Notes: a model not told the origin generated them from the sequence alone. A DNA stretch of 64,000 nucleotides from Eledone cirrhosa (GCA_964016885.1 OZ024745.1:83576001-83640000), one strand, 5' to 3'. Shown: positions 1-12,230, numbered from the stretch's first letter. Program-made: numbers and translations.

Positions 1-79
1 AAAAAGTAAAACTTAAAAAACAAAAACTAAGTCAGACATTCGAATACTACATTACAATGAAACTTATGCTTATTCATTT

Positions 80-3000
80 TTGGGGCCCTTTCTGCCCGTG
101 TGTTTGTTTGTTTATGTGTGTTCGTATACAGCGTGGTGATAATGCCACACAAGGGCCAAGTGGGATGGCGGATCCACAGATGGCTATGTAAACATACATT
201 CGCCAATCCTCGATAAGAGTGTTTAAATATCGAACATAAACAGTTCGAATAACGGTGAAATGGAGACTAGAACGTCATGTGACAGACTCTCACACAACAG
301 GTGCCCCCTGGCTCAGCAGCAGGAACCTGACTGTCAACCAAATACTGCTGATGTTGGAGGAAGAAGAAGAAGGAAAGGGGCCAGAACCAACTGGACGAAA
401 GAATTGAATAGAACTGTTATGCAATGCTACCTGAAAAGTAACCCCAAGGAGAGGGGCTACAGGAGACGGATGCATAACATCTGGAACGAGATTGGTTTAT
501 TTAAATTAGATGAACAAAAATTGGCCGGGCAGGCTCGGGTAATAAGAACTAATGGGTGGATAAGCCAGCTGGAACTGGAGGAACTGAGCAGAGAGAATGG
601 CTTGGAGATGGCGGGTGTAGTATGCCAGACAAGCGAGCCGGCGGGAAATGAAGGTGAGGAGGTACTGAGAACGGAGGAACCACCCGAAGCAGACAATGAT
701 CTGAATACTAAGATAAATAATACCTGGAACAGAGATACGGCCACTGAGGAGATGAATGTTGACGGGCTAGGACAAGATTCGGTTGTCATCCTAAATTTAG
801 TGGTAGATGAGTTGAACAATGATAGTGGGAGACCTATGAACCTAAGATTTGTAGACTGGAAAAAGTTAAAAGAAACAACAGCTAAGGTAAACAAAGTCAT
901 CCCATACCTTGAGGCGAGGAGTCTTCACCAGTGCAACAATATCCTCAAAGCAACAGCAAATACGGTGAGGAAACTACTTAGTATAAAAGCGAGAGGAAAC
1001 AACAGACAAGAAAGAGCAGAGCCGTGGTGGAAGAAACGACTGAGTGGGCAAATCGGGGAAATGAGAAATGACATAGGAAAGCTTGAGTCACTACTGAATG
1101 GGACACTAAAAAACATAGGCACTAAAAATAGACTGGAAATAAAATACAAAACTAGGAGTAAAAAGCTAAATATTATCATAGAGGAATTGAAGCAACGCAT
1201 TGTAGCAAAGAGTGCCAAAATCAGGCGATACGAGAACAGAGTCAGTCAGTATAAACAGAACCGCATGTTCGACAACAACCAGAAGATGCTGTTTGGACAG
1301 CTTGAGGGGAAAGAAAGAGGCAACGACTTGATCCCTGGGGCGGAACAAGCTAAAACATTCTGGAGAGGAATATGGGAGCAGGATGTTAGACACAATGCCC
1401 AGGCAGGGTGGATTGAGACAGTACAGAGGGAGATCGGTGAGCAGGCACACCAACAAACTGATTTGAGTATCACAGTTGAAACTCTTAAGGGGCAGGCCAA
1501 AAAACTAACCAACTGGAAATCACCAGGCCCAGATGGTGTGCAGGGGTATTGGATTAAAAATATAACATCCCTCCACCCGAAACTGACAACCATGTTCAAT
1601 GACTGCTTGATGTTAGGTGAGGTACCAGAGTGGTTGACAAAAGGTACCACAGTTCTGATAATGAAAGACCGAATCAAGGGTAATGATGTTACCAACTATA
1701 GACCTATCACATGTCTGCCCGTAATGTGGAAACTGTTGACGAGCATTGTGTCTGAGGAAATCTACCATCACCTCCACACAAACAGCTTGTTACCGGACGA
1801 ACAGAAAGGATGCCGAAAGAAGTCACGTGGTACAAAGGACCAGTTGCTTATTGATAAGATGGTAATGGGGAATTGCAGGAGGAGACACACTGATCTTGCC
1901 ATGGGATGGATAGACTACAGAAAGGCATTTGACATGGTGCCTCATTCCTGGATCACCAAAAGCCTGGAGATCTTCAGGGTGGCAGATAACATCAGACAGT
2001 TGCTGGGCAGGAGTATGGGGTCCTGGGAGACAGAGTTGACATCAACTGGAGTATCCTTGGGAAGCGTGAAGATCAAGAGAGGTATCTTCCAGGGAGATAG
2101 CCTGTCCCCTCTGTTGTTTGTCCTTGCCCTGATGCCCTTGACCATTATGCTGCGAAAAGTGAGAGCAGGATACAAGTTGGGAAGGGGAGAGCTTACCATC
2201 AATCACCTCCTCTTCATGGACGATCTTAAGCTCTTCGGGAAAAGTGAGAAGGGGTTGGATGTGCTTGTTGACACTGTCCGTATTTTCAGCAGTGATATAT
2301 GTATGCAGTTTGGTATTGGTAAATGTGGAGTCATTGTGATGAAGAGGGGTAGGTTGAGCAGAAGTAACGGGATCCAGATACCAACAGGTGAGATGATAAA
2401 GGAAATTGACTCTGAGGAAGGATACAAGTATCTGGGCGTTCTGGAGGCTGATGGCATAAAGAACAAAAAAATGAAGGAATTGTTAAGAACTGAATACATT
2501 CGGAGAGTAAGGAGCGTATTGAAGTCACATCTGAACAGCAGAAATGCCATAAGCGCAGTAAATTCCCGAGCTGTGTCTATTATTAGGTACAGTGCGGGAA
2601 TTCTTAGATGGAATGTTGCTGAACAAAAAGAAATGGATAGGAAGACTAGGAAGCTATTGACTATCTACAACATGTTCCACAAGAGGAGTGATGTCGATAG
2701 ACTCTAACTAAGGAGATCTGAGGGTGGAAGAGGTCTTATCAGCATAGAGGACTGTGTTCAGATGGAGAAAAACAACCTATACAAATACGTGACCTATAGT
2801 AAGGAGCCAATGCTCAGAGCTGTACTGAAGGAGGGGACAGTAGGCCAGGGGATATCCAAGGAGGAAATAACATCAAGGAGGAAGAGCAGCCTTAAGGGAA
2901 AATCCCTTCATAGTACCTTCTTTGAGAAAACTGAATTTAGAGATCCACAGACATGGAACTGGTTGAGAAGAGGAGACCTCAAAAAGGCTACAGAAGGAAT

Positions 3001-3727
3001 GCTAATGGCTGCGCAGGAGCAGGCCCTCAAAACGAAGTGGTTGAAGCACCATATATACAAGGAGGAGGCTAGCCCACTGTGCAGGATCTGTGGAGAGAGA
3101 GAGGAGACTGTGGCTCACATTGTGTCCGAGTGTAAACACCTAGCCCAGACCCACTATAAGGGCTGGAGACACGATGTGATGGGCAGGGTGATCCACTGGC
3201 ACCTGTGCAAAGTAAACAATCTACCACATTCTGAGAAATGGTATGAGCATAGGCCAGAGGTGGTGATGGAGAACAGTCAGGTGAAGGTGCTGTGGGATTT
3301 TAGGATACAGACGGACAAAAAACTGGAACACAATAGACCTGACCTGGTGGTTGTGGACAAAGAAAAAAGATCGTGCCTGATTGTGGATGTGGCCTGCCCG
3401 TTCGACACGAGAGTGCAAGAGAAGGAGAGGGAGAAAATTAACCGATACCAGGACCTAAAGTGGGAGGTGAAAAGGATTTGGAACTGCCATGAAGTCAAAG
3501 TGATCCCGATTGTCATAGGCGCACTGGGGACTATCTCCAAAGGTTTCCAGGGATGGTTAAAGAAAATCGGCTCCTTCACGCTTTTTGGAACGCTTCAAAA
3601 GGCATGCTTGCTTGGAACAGCAAGAACCCTCCGATACGTCCTGAATATCTGAGGCTGCAGGTAGTGGCTTGATATTCAATCCAACGGACTTTCCAGTTAA
3701 CCAACATCAATGACTGAGATTCAAGGA
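80..3727 (+). mobile_element. R4/Dong-clade non-LTR retrotransposon, family A, near full length
   Basis: Single RT-RLE ORF, short 3' UTR shared with the copies ending at 49728 and 56628, and an (AAT)n tail. The 5' boundary is uncertain. Confidence 0.9.
260..3652 (+). pseudogene. Dong/R4 polyprotein (N-terminal Myb-like motif, RT, CCHC, PD-(D/E)xK restriction-like endonuclease) with one in-frame TAA at 2705-2707
   Basis: Motifs KSPGPDG, NYRPITCL, IDYRKAFD, GIFQGDSLSP, FMDD, CRICGEREETVAHIVSEC, RHD, RPDLVVVD...VDV and KINRY. ORFs 260..2707 and 2762..3652 are in the same frame. Confidence 0.93.
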
Positions 3728-3738
3728 ATAACAATAAC

Positions 3739-3787
<49 letters not shown>
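3728..3787. repeat. (AAT)n microsatellite, Dong tail/target
   Basis: Seen directly. Confidence 0.95.
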
Positions 3788-3788
<1 letters not shown>

Positions 3789-4032
3789 TTACTTATCGCA
3801 AATCCCAGGAAACCCGCGTATAGGAGAAATACAAAAGATAGTACTGATGGGAACTGCCCATATACTGAGGAAGATTCTGTCAATATAAGTACATCACAAG
3901 TCTAAACACTAAAGATGCATGTGTGAATATGTATGTTCTTTCTTGAACATGGCGGACCTTGTTGTCTCTTGAGGTCACTGGTTGTGACATGGTGATAACT
4001 CGTATGAACATAAAACAAGAGAAATGCAACTG
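3788..4032 (+). mobile_element. 5'-truncated Dong family B copy (ORF end plus 3' UTR) nested in the family A tail
   Basis: Closely matches about 61686..61929 and has (AAT)n on both sides. Confidence 0.9.
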
Positions 4033-4390
4033 TAATAATAATAATAATAATAATAATTGTTTCTACATTTAGTAAAAAGCCACCAAATACCCAGTGCATT
4101 ACTGGTACTTTATTTAATAATAAATAATCATTATTATTATTATAATTATATATATATATATATATATATACAATTATATATCTTTAAGTCGTTTGGAAGC
4201 CTCGACAATGCAAATGGGTAAATCTCCGGGTAACAAGGTCAGGTGGTGGAGAGAGAGATGTAAGTGGGTGTACGTTGAGATGCGTGGTGTGTATAAGATG
4301 TGTGAGATGTGTAGAATCAAGGGAAGAGTGTAAAGGATAACATTAAAATAACAACACAAGAGAGAGTTACCTTGGGAGAGATTTAATAGT

Positions 4391-4426
4391 CCCTATATAT
4401 TTCGGATTCACATCCATCAACTGGGG
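4391..4426 (-). ncRNA. Candidate minimal type I hammerhead ribozyme with variant core, left pLTR
   Basis: Minus strand reads CCC-CAGTTGA-T-GGAT gtga ATCC-GAAA-TATA-TA-GGG. Confidence 0.5.
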
Positions 4427-4832
4427 TTTTTCCGGGGTGGGGGAAAAGGTTGTCTGTCGGACAAGTCCGGAACGCGTCCTTCGCTGTTTGTTGTTTTGAA
4501 TATCTGAGGTATTCGGCAGGGCGCGCGTGCGCGTGAAATGGGGTCGGTCGTACAGAGGTCAGCGGCCGAATGAGGGAGTGGGATGGCGCTAGCTGTCAGT
4601 CCATTCTCTGCCTGTTTGTTAAATGTTACTGTGTGTGTGTGTGCGTGTGTTGTTGTCTCGCTTGAGTGTGTGTGTGTGTGTGTGTGCGTGTGTTGTTGCC
4701 TTGTTCCTCTGTATTGGCAGTGTAGTATGTTCGTATGGTGGAATGCTACTGTGTGTGTGTGCGTCTGTGTGTGTAGTTGTTTCGTTTGCGTGTGTGTGTG
4801 TGTGTGCGTGTGTTGTTGCATCGCTTGTTAAC

Positions 4833-7442
4833 TTAAACTAGCCATCTCATTTCGCTTCTCTCTGATCGGTTGTTTATTTGCGGTTGCAGTCGTTTGATAA
4901 AAAGCGCTTCCCTGATACGTAACGTGCCGACGTTTCTTTCAGTCGCTAGAATTGTGACAATGGGCCTTCCGTTTTTGTTTCCGCATTTGTCTATGTGTTT
5001 CCGGAAAGACGAGGCCCTGGTTTTAATGTGTTCCTTGATCCGGATGTGCAAAGGTCGAATTGTGCTACCTATGTAGTATTGGTTGCACCTGTCACATTCT
5101 ATCTTATACACGACGTATGTGCGTAGGCAACAGTTCGCATGGCGTATCGGGCAGTCTCTGAGGGAGCATGCGTCAGTAGATCTTTCGGGTTTCCTGGAGA
5201 GGCATCTTCGCAGGGAGGGGCTCGAGTGGGCCAGGTGGATGTCGAGGCCCTCCCTCCGTATAACCTTGCGGATAGCGTTGGTGGTTTTCTCGCCCAGGTG
5301 TGGCATTTTAAGGAAGTACTTGCCTTGGGTGCTTCTCTGTCTCTTACGTCTGGTGTCTCCTATTCTGTCTGTGATCGAGGTAGGGTACCCGTTCGTCGCC
5401 AGCACCTCGAGGAATCGCTTGGTATGAGTGACACCACTCGCGGGATCGCTGCATCTGTTATTGATTTGCGCGATCTCGTTCGTGATGTATCCTCTTTTGG
5501 CACTGTTAGGGAGGGCGGTCTTGTAGTGAACGAATAGGTCCCTGCAGGCTGCCTTTCGGTAGAAGTTGCAGTGGATCCTTCCCTGTTCCGTGATGTTGAT
5601 TCGGAAGTCGAGGAGGGCAAGTGACCCGTCTTCGTTGGGGTGTTCAACACTGAAGTCAATGTTCTCGTCCGTGTTGTTCAACGTCTCATAGATTCTGTTC
5701 GCCGTGTCTTGGGAAGATGTGAGGATGAGGATATCATCCACGTACCTTGAGAAAAAGGCTACGGCGTTGGGGTGGCAGGCGTTGAGTGCCTTGCGTTCGA
5801 GGTTGTCCATGAAAGAGACCGCTAGCACACCTTATAGGCTTGATCCCATGGGCAATCCCGAGGTTTGTTGGTATATTTGGTCAAGGAATCCGAAGTAGGT
5901 GTTGTCGACGACGATGGATAGGAGTTGGTTGATGTCAGTGGTGGTGAGCCCGAAGCAGTGTAGGTCGGTGGATTGGACGCGTTCCATTAGTATATTGACG
6001 GCCGGGAATGCCGGGACCGAGGTGTAGAGAGCGACTACATCAAGGCTGAAGGCATATCTGTTATTCCTTCTGGTGTCGGGATCCATTTGATGCAGGCGCT
6101 TCAACACCTCCTCGGAGCTGTTAACGTGTCCCGGCAAGGTGTCTAAGATGGGTTTGAGTATTCTGGCTAGGAGCCATGAAATTTTGTAGAGTGGTCCCTC
6201 CACGCTCGATACGATGGGCCTGATTTTCAGGTCGGGTCCCTGTTTGTGTGTTTTCACGAGGTGGTAGAAGGCGGGTATTCTGCTGTTCCTCGTGAGGAGG
6301 TTGTATCTCAGCTTCTTCGGGAGCTTCCGCCGGTCGCAGATGTTGGTCCAGGCGGAGTTGATGTGTTCTTCTATCTGCGCGGGAGTGATTCCCGTGACCT
6401 TGGAGTTGAGGTTGTCATCGTCAAGGTGTTGGAGGGCCAGGGTGTTGTAGGCCTCTCTGCTGATGACGCAGAATTATTTTCCCTTGTCGGAGGGGAGATA
6501 GATGTGGTTCTTCGATTTTAGGTTGGAGAGAGTGGTGAGTTGAGATTTGGTGAGGTTATGTATTGTGCGTGTGTGTGTTTGTGAAGTATATCCGAGATGG
6601 AGCGTCTTAGCCTGATGAGTTTAGTGTCGAGTTCGTGGTTGGGGGGTGGGGGGTGGGGGTTGTCGGGGTGGTAAGTGGGGAACTTGGGGTGGGTTGCGTC
6701 GGCGCTGTTATTTTCTGTGGCGCTGTTGATGGCGGTCGCCCATTTAAGTTGGTAAGCGGCTCGGCAAAAGTTGGCCTCGATGTTGAGTTTGAGTCTGTCG
6801 TCGAGACGTTGTGTGACGATGAACTTAGGTCCGAGGTGTAGGAGTTTCAGCTCGTTGCTCGTGACAGTGCCGGTTAGGTCGGTGACCAAGTGCGTCGCAT
6901 CGTTGAGGTATGGCTCGGTTTGGTGGTTGTGGCGGTGGCGGTTGTTAAGTTGTTGTTTTCCACGTGGTTCTGGTCCGTCTGTTCGTTAGTGTCGATGTTC
7001 TCGTTGTGGCGTTTCGACAAGATCCACTCATATTTTCGCTTGAGCCGATTTTTCTCGTATTGGACTCTGGAGTGGTAGCACTGGTCGATTGCTTTAGTGA
7101 TTTTCAGGAGCAAGTCTCCGGGTGCTATTGGCAGTCGATGTGTCCGCTCTGAGAGTGTCTGCTTATGGACGTGTAATTGGCGGTTGAGATGTCTCAGGAT
7201 CTGTTTAATACACGTGCGATGTATGCGGTTAGTGGTGTTTTGGAAGGCTGGTGTACGTAGACTTACTGGTAAGCGGATGTTCTTGATGGTGTTGGGGATG
7301 ACATCGTTTTTTAGGCAGCGTTTCAGGAAAATAATTTGGCAGCCAGCGTTGGCCCATTTTTCCGACAGTCTAAACAGTTCCCTTACGGATGCAAACAATT
7401 CCTGGCTCAGGTGTAAGGATAAGAGAGTATTGAAGTTTGCTT
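4833..7442 (-). pseudogene. PLE polyprotein with frameshifts and a TAA at 5832-5834
   Basis: Motifs KTHK..IRPIVS, SLDVVALYTSVP, QTSGLPMGS, RYVDD, LLDF and VVYKIECDRCNQYYIGST..RIKEH..REALFI..N. Confidence 0.9.
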
Positions 7443-8033
7443 AAAACCAGGGCCTCGTCTTTCCGGAAACACATAGACAAATGCGGAAACAAAGACGGAA
7501 GGCCCATTGTCACAATTCTAGCGACTGAAAGAAACGTCGGCACGTTAGTATCAAGGAAACGCTTTTTATCAAACGACTGCAACCGCAAATAAACAACCGA
7601 TCAGAGAGAAGCGAAATGAGATGGCTAGTTTAAGTTAACAAGCGATGCAACAACACACGCACACACACACACGCAAACGAGACAACTACACACACACACA
7701 CACGCACACACACAGTAGCATTCCACCATACGAACATACTACACTGCCAATACAGAGGAACAAGGCAACAACACACGCACACACACACACACTCAAGCGA
7801 GACAACAACACACGCACACACACACACACAGTAACATTTAACAAACAGGCAGAGAATGGACTGTGAGCTAGCGCCATCCCACTCCCTCATTCGGCCGCTG
7901 ACCTCTGTACGACCGACCCCATTTCACGCGCACGCGCACCCTGCCGAATACCTCAGATATTCAAAACAACAAACAGCGAAGGACGCGTTCCGGACTTGTC
8001 CGACAGACAACCTTTTCCCCCACCCCTGAAAAA

Positions 8034-8069
8034 CCCCAGTTGATGGATGTGAATCCGAAATATATAGGG
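8034..8069 (+). ncRNA. Candidate minimal hammerhead ribozyme with variant core, right pLTR
   Basis: Same motif as 4391..4426. Confidence 0.5.
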
Positions 8070-8327
8070 ACTATTAAATCTCTCCCAAGGTAACTCTCTC
8101 TTGTGTTGTTATTTTAATGTTATCCTTTATACTCTTCCCTTCATTCTACACATCTCACACATCTTATACACACCACGCATCTCAACGTACACCCACTTAC
8201 ATCTCTCTCTCCACCACCGGACCTTGTTACCCGGAGATTTACCCATTTGCATTGTCGAGGCTTCCAAACGACTTAAAGATATTTACTTATTGTTCCACAA
8301 TGCTTCAAGCAAACTTCAATACTCTCT

Positions 8328-8384
<57 letters not shown>

Positions 8385-8639
8385 GTGGGGGGGGGGGTAT
8401 ATAATTGTATATATATATAGTTATATATAATTACATTTCTGTTGTGGTTTGTCCCGTGACACAAATCACAAAGAAACACAAAACCTCCATCTCAATTTTA
8501 CTTTTGAAAATCATAAGAATTGTGAAACAGGTAAAGTAAATAAATAAATGTTCTTAAAAGACCCCAGTTGCATTTACGTATGCAGTAGATGTACAGGGAA
8601 AGTTGGCAGTAGTAATCACAGTAATAAACACATTTTCCA

Positions 8640-9291
8640 ATGCAGGTGGGTTCTATAGCTTCCGATACATAGGTGATCAGATTAGCGTGGGAGCGGGGTG
8701 TTCCGAGGCCATAGTATCTAGAATAAGGACGAGTTGGAAGAAGTTTAGGGAGCTGATTCCTCTGTTGACAAAGAAGGGTTTCTCCCTGCGGATGGTTATA
8801 TGATGCCTGTGTGAGATGCGTGATGCTGCATGGTAGTGAGACATGGGCAGCAACTGCAGCGGATATGCGACGGCTGGAGAGAAATGAAGCAAGTAGGCTC
8901 CGTTGGATGTGCAATGTCAATGTGCGTGAACGACCAAGCATGAACGAGTTGAGAAAGAAACTGGGTATAAGAGGGATAAGTTGTGGTGTGCAGGAGAGAA
9001 GGCTGAGATAGTATGGACATGTGATGCGCATGGAGAATGACCGCTGGATAAAGAAGTGCCAAGAAATCCCAGTCGAAGGAACATGCAGTAGAGGTAGACC
9101 ACGAAAGACATGGGCGGAGGTGGTGAGAGTAGACCTCAGATCGCTGAAACTCACCGAGGAGATGAAGGACCGTGACAAGTGGAGAGATGCTGTGCTGAAT
9201 AGGACCGTCCAACCTTTGTAAGCGGGGAAAAGCGGACGTAAAACGATGATGATGATGATAATGATGATGATGATGATGATTATGATGATGA
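8640..9291 (+). mobile_element. 5'-truncated RTE-clade LINE 3' end with (GAT)n tail
   Basis: Motifs FRYIG, LHGSETW, LRWMC, RRLR*YGHVMR, RGRPRKTW and DRDKWR. (GAT)n at 9245..9291. Confidence 0.88.
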
Positions 9292-9293
9292 TA

Positions 9294-9465
9294 CAGTGAG
9301 ATTCCGTTATAACGAAATTCACGGGGCATAAAAAATCCATTGTAACGAATAAAATTCTTTATGACGAGATCGACAGAAACAAACCGAGCGTTTGTTTGTT
9401 ATTCACTCGGGGATTGAAAAAAATGTTATACTAATAAATGGTAGTCGTTATAACAGAATTTTACC

Positions 9466-9467
<2 letters not shown>
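9294..9467. mobile_element. pogo/Tigger-like MITE
   Basis: TA-CAGTGAGATTCCGTTATAACGA ... TCGTTATAACAGAATTTTACCAT-TA form imperfect TIRs with TA flanks. Confidence 0.65.
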
Positions 9468-9529
<62 letters not shown>

Positions 9530-9532
<3 letters not shown>

Positions 9533-10070
9533 TCCTGCTACAGGTTAGGTATCACAATTTTGACACACAGTTCTGGTCTATCTAAAGTTATAATAAAAGA
9601 CACTTGCTGAAGGTGATCTGTTGTGGAATATGACCTGAAACGATGTGGTCATGAACCCTGCTTTTTCTCTAAAAGACCTTTCTTCAAACAAAATAAATAT
9701 ATATGAACCATTGAATTTCGAGCCGTTTATGATCCGATTTTGTCCCCAGCTTTTACCCATCTCGGATATATTCTTGCATAAATGCTTCAAATCGGATCTC
9801 ACGGCTGAAAATATCAGTTTCTGGCAATGAGATTCTTAGATTATTAAATGACTTTTATTCTTCCCGGCTAATGAGGCACACACTTATATAGGACGCTATT
9901 ATCCACTATCGATATCGAAACGATCAAATTTAGATATGAATTATCTTTGCTACAATGTCTATGTAATATTGTCCATAAAATATACAATATTACTGAAATC
10001 AAAATATTACGCCTTGAGCCCGAATTAAGTAGAATTGTTGTCCTGTAAAGATAATTGTTGAATAATTCAA
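9530..10070 (+). mobile_element. Possible decayed PLE pLTR plus ORF N-terminus
   Basis: Hammerhead-like CTGAAG...GAAAC...GTC at about 9607-9650. Peptide IFLHKCFKSDL resembles PLE1 IFLKRCLKNDV. Follows (TA)n. Confidence 0.35.
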
Positions 10071-11256
10071 ATATATCTCCAATATTGTTTATTGTGTGTG
10101 GACACGTGTGTGTGTGTGTGCATGTGTTTGTGTGCATGTGTGTGTGTGCGTATGTGTGCAAGTATGCGTGTATGTGCGTTATAAGTTGTCATTGTTTTGT
10201 CTTACTGGTTTTGGTAGAGTGGAAAGAGACTGGATTACTATTCAACAACAAGAACGGACATCTAAATTAAATGAACATATAAATTAACGTTACACCGCTG
10301 ATGCGAGCTTTATAAGAGATTTAACTAATTATTTATGTGATAGAGACACGTACACACACAAAGATATATATAAGTATAAATACTGTTTGACTTAAGTGGC
10401 ACTAGCAAACTTTGACAATTGTAATGCGTTCATCAATAATAATGATTTCTTTATTCAATATATATATATATAAAGAAAGACAGAAAGAAAGGAAGAAAAG
10501 AAGAAAGAAAAAGTAAACTTATCCAAGCATCTCATTTCTTCTTTGATGAAGCTGAGCAAAGAAGCGGAAAAGGTGGATGGTTCGGAGAAGAGCGATATAA
10601 AATATAGAGACTTGGGAGATGAAGATATGGATGAGAAGATAAAGATGATAGAAAAAAGGGAAGATATTAAGTAGTGTTTAGAGAGCAAAATGGGGTGGAA
10701 GGGAACGGGATGTTTTGAGAGAGTGGAAAGACTGAGTGAGACTTATCGAAACAAAGTTTAGTGATCTATCTGACTTGGAGAAGTGTTTGGAGATGGTCAG
10801 TTTAATAGGAGTACCACAGAATCTGGACTGTGTAATTGTTGGCTTGGAATAATGCCGAGTCTGTACTGAACTGGTTTAGAAAGCTCTACTCTAAATATAT
10901 TTCAAACTTACTTCTATTTGATATATCTATATTCCATTAGAAGCTGTGAACTTCATTTGAACCATCTCTCAAATCAATGGCAATGATACTGATATAGTTA
11001 TACATACTAGGCTGTCTTTAATCCGATATAACAACTATGCATGATTGTTGGAACCTTCAGCTACACCGTTCAAATTCGGCATGCAAGGCAATGGTGCAGT
11101 GGAGGTAAATCTATCTCGTTTAACTGTTTTATTACACAATCCAAAATCCAGCGTGCTGTTTGTAAAAGGTGGTCTATACAGCGATGACCGTCTTCTAATC
11201 CTCAGAAACAATACTCTCGCTCAACAAATGTACTCAGAATGGATCTTCGTTATTTG

Positions 11257-11372
11257 GTTCAAATCCCGCCGAGGTTCACTTTGCCTTTCATCTTTACGGG
11301 GTCGATAACGATAAAATAGAGTACCAGTAATGCACTGGTTAATTGCTGGCCTTGTGTCAAAAGTAGAAACAG
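11257..11372 (+). mobile_element. tRNA-derived Nin/Deu-domain SINE, partial
   Basis: B-box GTTCAAATCC followed by GCCTTTCATC.TT.CGGGGTCGATAA...AGTACCAG. Confidence 0.8.
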
Positions 11373-11748
11373 TGATTTGGTTAAGAAATATAACTAATCA
11401 CCAAACATCAAAATTCAATTAAAATAGTATAGTTTCTGAACGTCACAATCGACCTTTCAAATTCTCTATACAAATTCTCTATACAAATCCTTTCGAACAT
11501 CAACCAGGATTCCGTTCCTCAATATTGTTGCAAATCCACTCAATCTGTTTTTTTATATTCAGATTATTTTACCAGTTCAAGTTCCTTACATTGAAAAAAA
11601 AAAAAAAAAAAAAGACAAAACTTTACAATAGCATCCCCACGAGTTAATTTCAGACGATTATATCTTCTCCTTCGCGTATAACTGTAAATATAAAACATCC
11701 TTCTCAGCACGCCAATTTTAAATAGAAAATAATCAGAGCAAACAATAT

Positions 11749-11882
11749 TTTATTAAGGGCAGAACGCATGTGGTTTATATCACACAGATGATGAGTTTGA
11801 GATGTTTAAAACATAGATTATGTATTAAACATCTCAAACTCATCTGTGTGATATAAACCACATGCGTTCTGCCCTTAATAAA
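11749..11882. repeat. Near-perfect inverted repeat of about 130 bp
   Basis: Arms TTTATTAAGGGCAGAACGCATGTGG... and ...CCACATGCGTTCTGCCCTTAATAAA. Confidence 0.92.
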
Positions 11883-11934
11883 CGAATAACGTTCTGCCCT
11901 TAATAAACGAAATAACGAAACATAGATTATGTAT

Positions 11935-12230
11935 CGTTAGCTGGACATCTTCTGTAGACAACACCCTACGAAAGAACTCCTCCATGGAAATTTACCACCA
12001 ATATCACACGTCATCAAGGAGAGGAAAGGATGAGCTCATCAGCAACGTTCTTCTTTGAGAACCGAAGCATAGATACGGAAATGTTGGTAGATCACATCGA
12101 ACCTACTTAATGTAACTTTACGAGAATTCTGAGTACATGCGTGAAGACCTACCACGAACAGTGACAAACTGAACAGACTGGAGAGAATAAGATATGGGGA
12201 TCCGTGCAATAAGAACCCCTAGATGATGGA
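11935..12230 (+). mobile_element. Decayed RTE-clade LINE 3' fragment
   Basis: Translates as HPTKELLHGNLPPISHVIKER..KDELISNVLL.EPKH..GRSHRTY..DWRE. Confidence 0.6.

Larger units (their letters stand above)
4174..8330 (-). mobile_element. Penelope-like element 1 (RT plus C-terminal GIY-YIG) with inverted pseudo-LTR, inserted in (TA)n
   Basis: 4174..5026 is an inverted repeat of 7441..8282. Both flanks are (TA)n. The ORF lies on the minus strand. Confidence 0.92.

Noticed and set aside
290-3579. Many antisense or alternate-frame ORFs over the retroelements
   Set aside because: They are shadows of the real RT ORFs and have no motifs of their own.
5832-5834. Programmed readthrough or selenocysteine at in-frame stops, as in Naiad PLEs
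   Set aside because: The stops at 2705 and 5832 are TAA, not TGA, and replace non-Cys codons. The endonuclease here is C-terminal, unlike Naiads.
10445-10960. Possible old LINE 3' end on the minus strand finishing AATAAAGAAATCATTATT
   Set aside because: The tail matches Tx1 lineage B, but no convincing protein motif was found.
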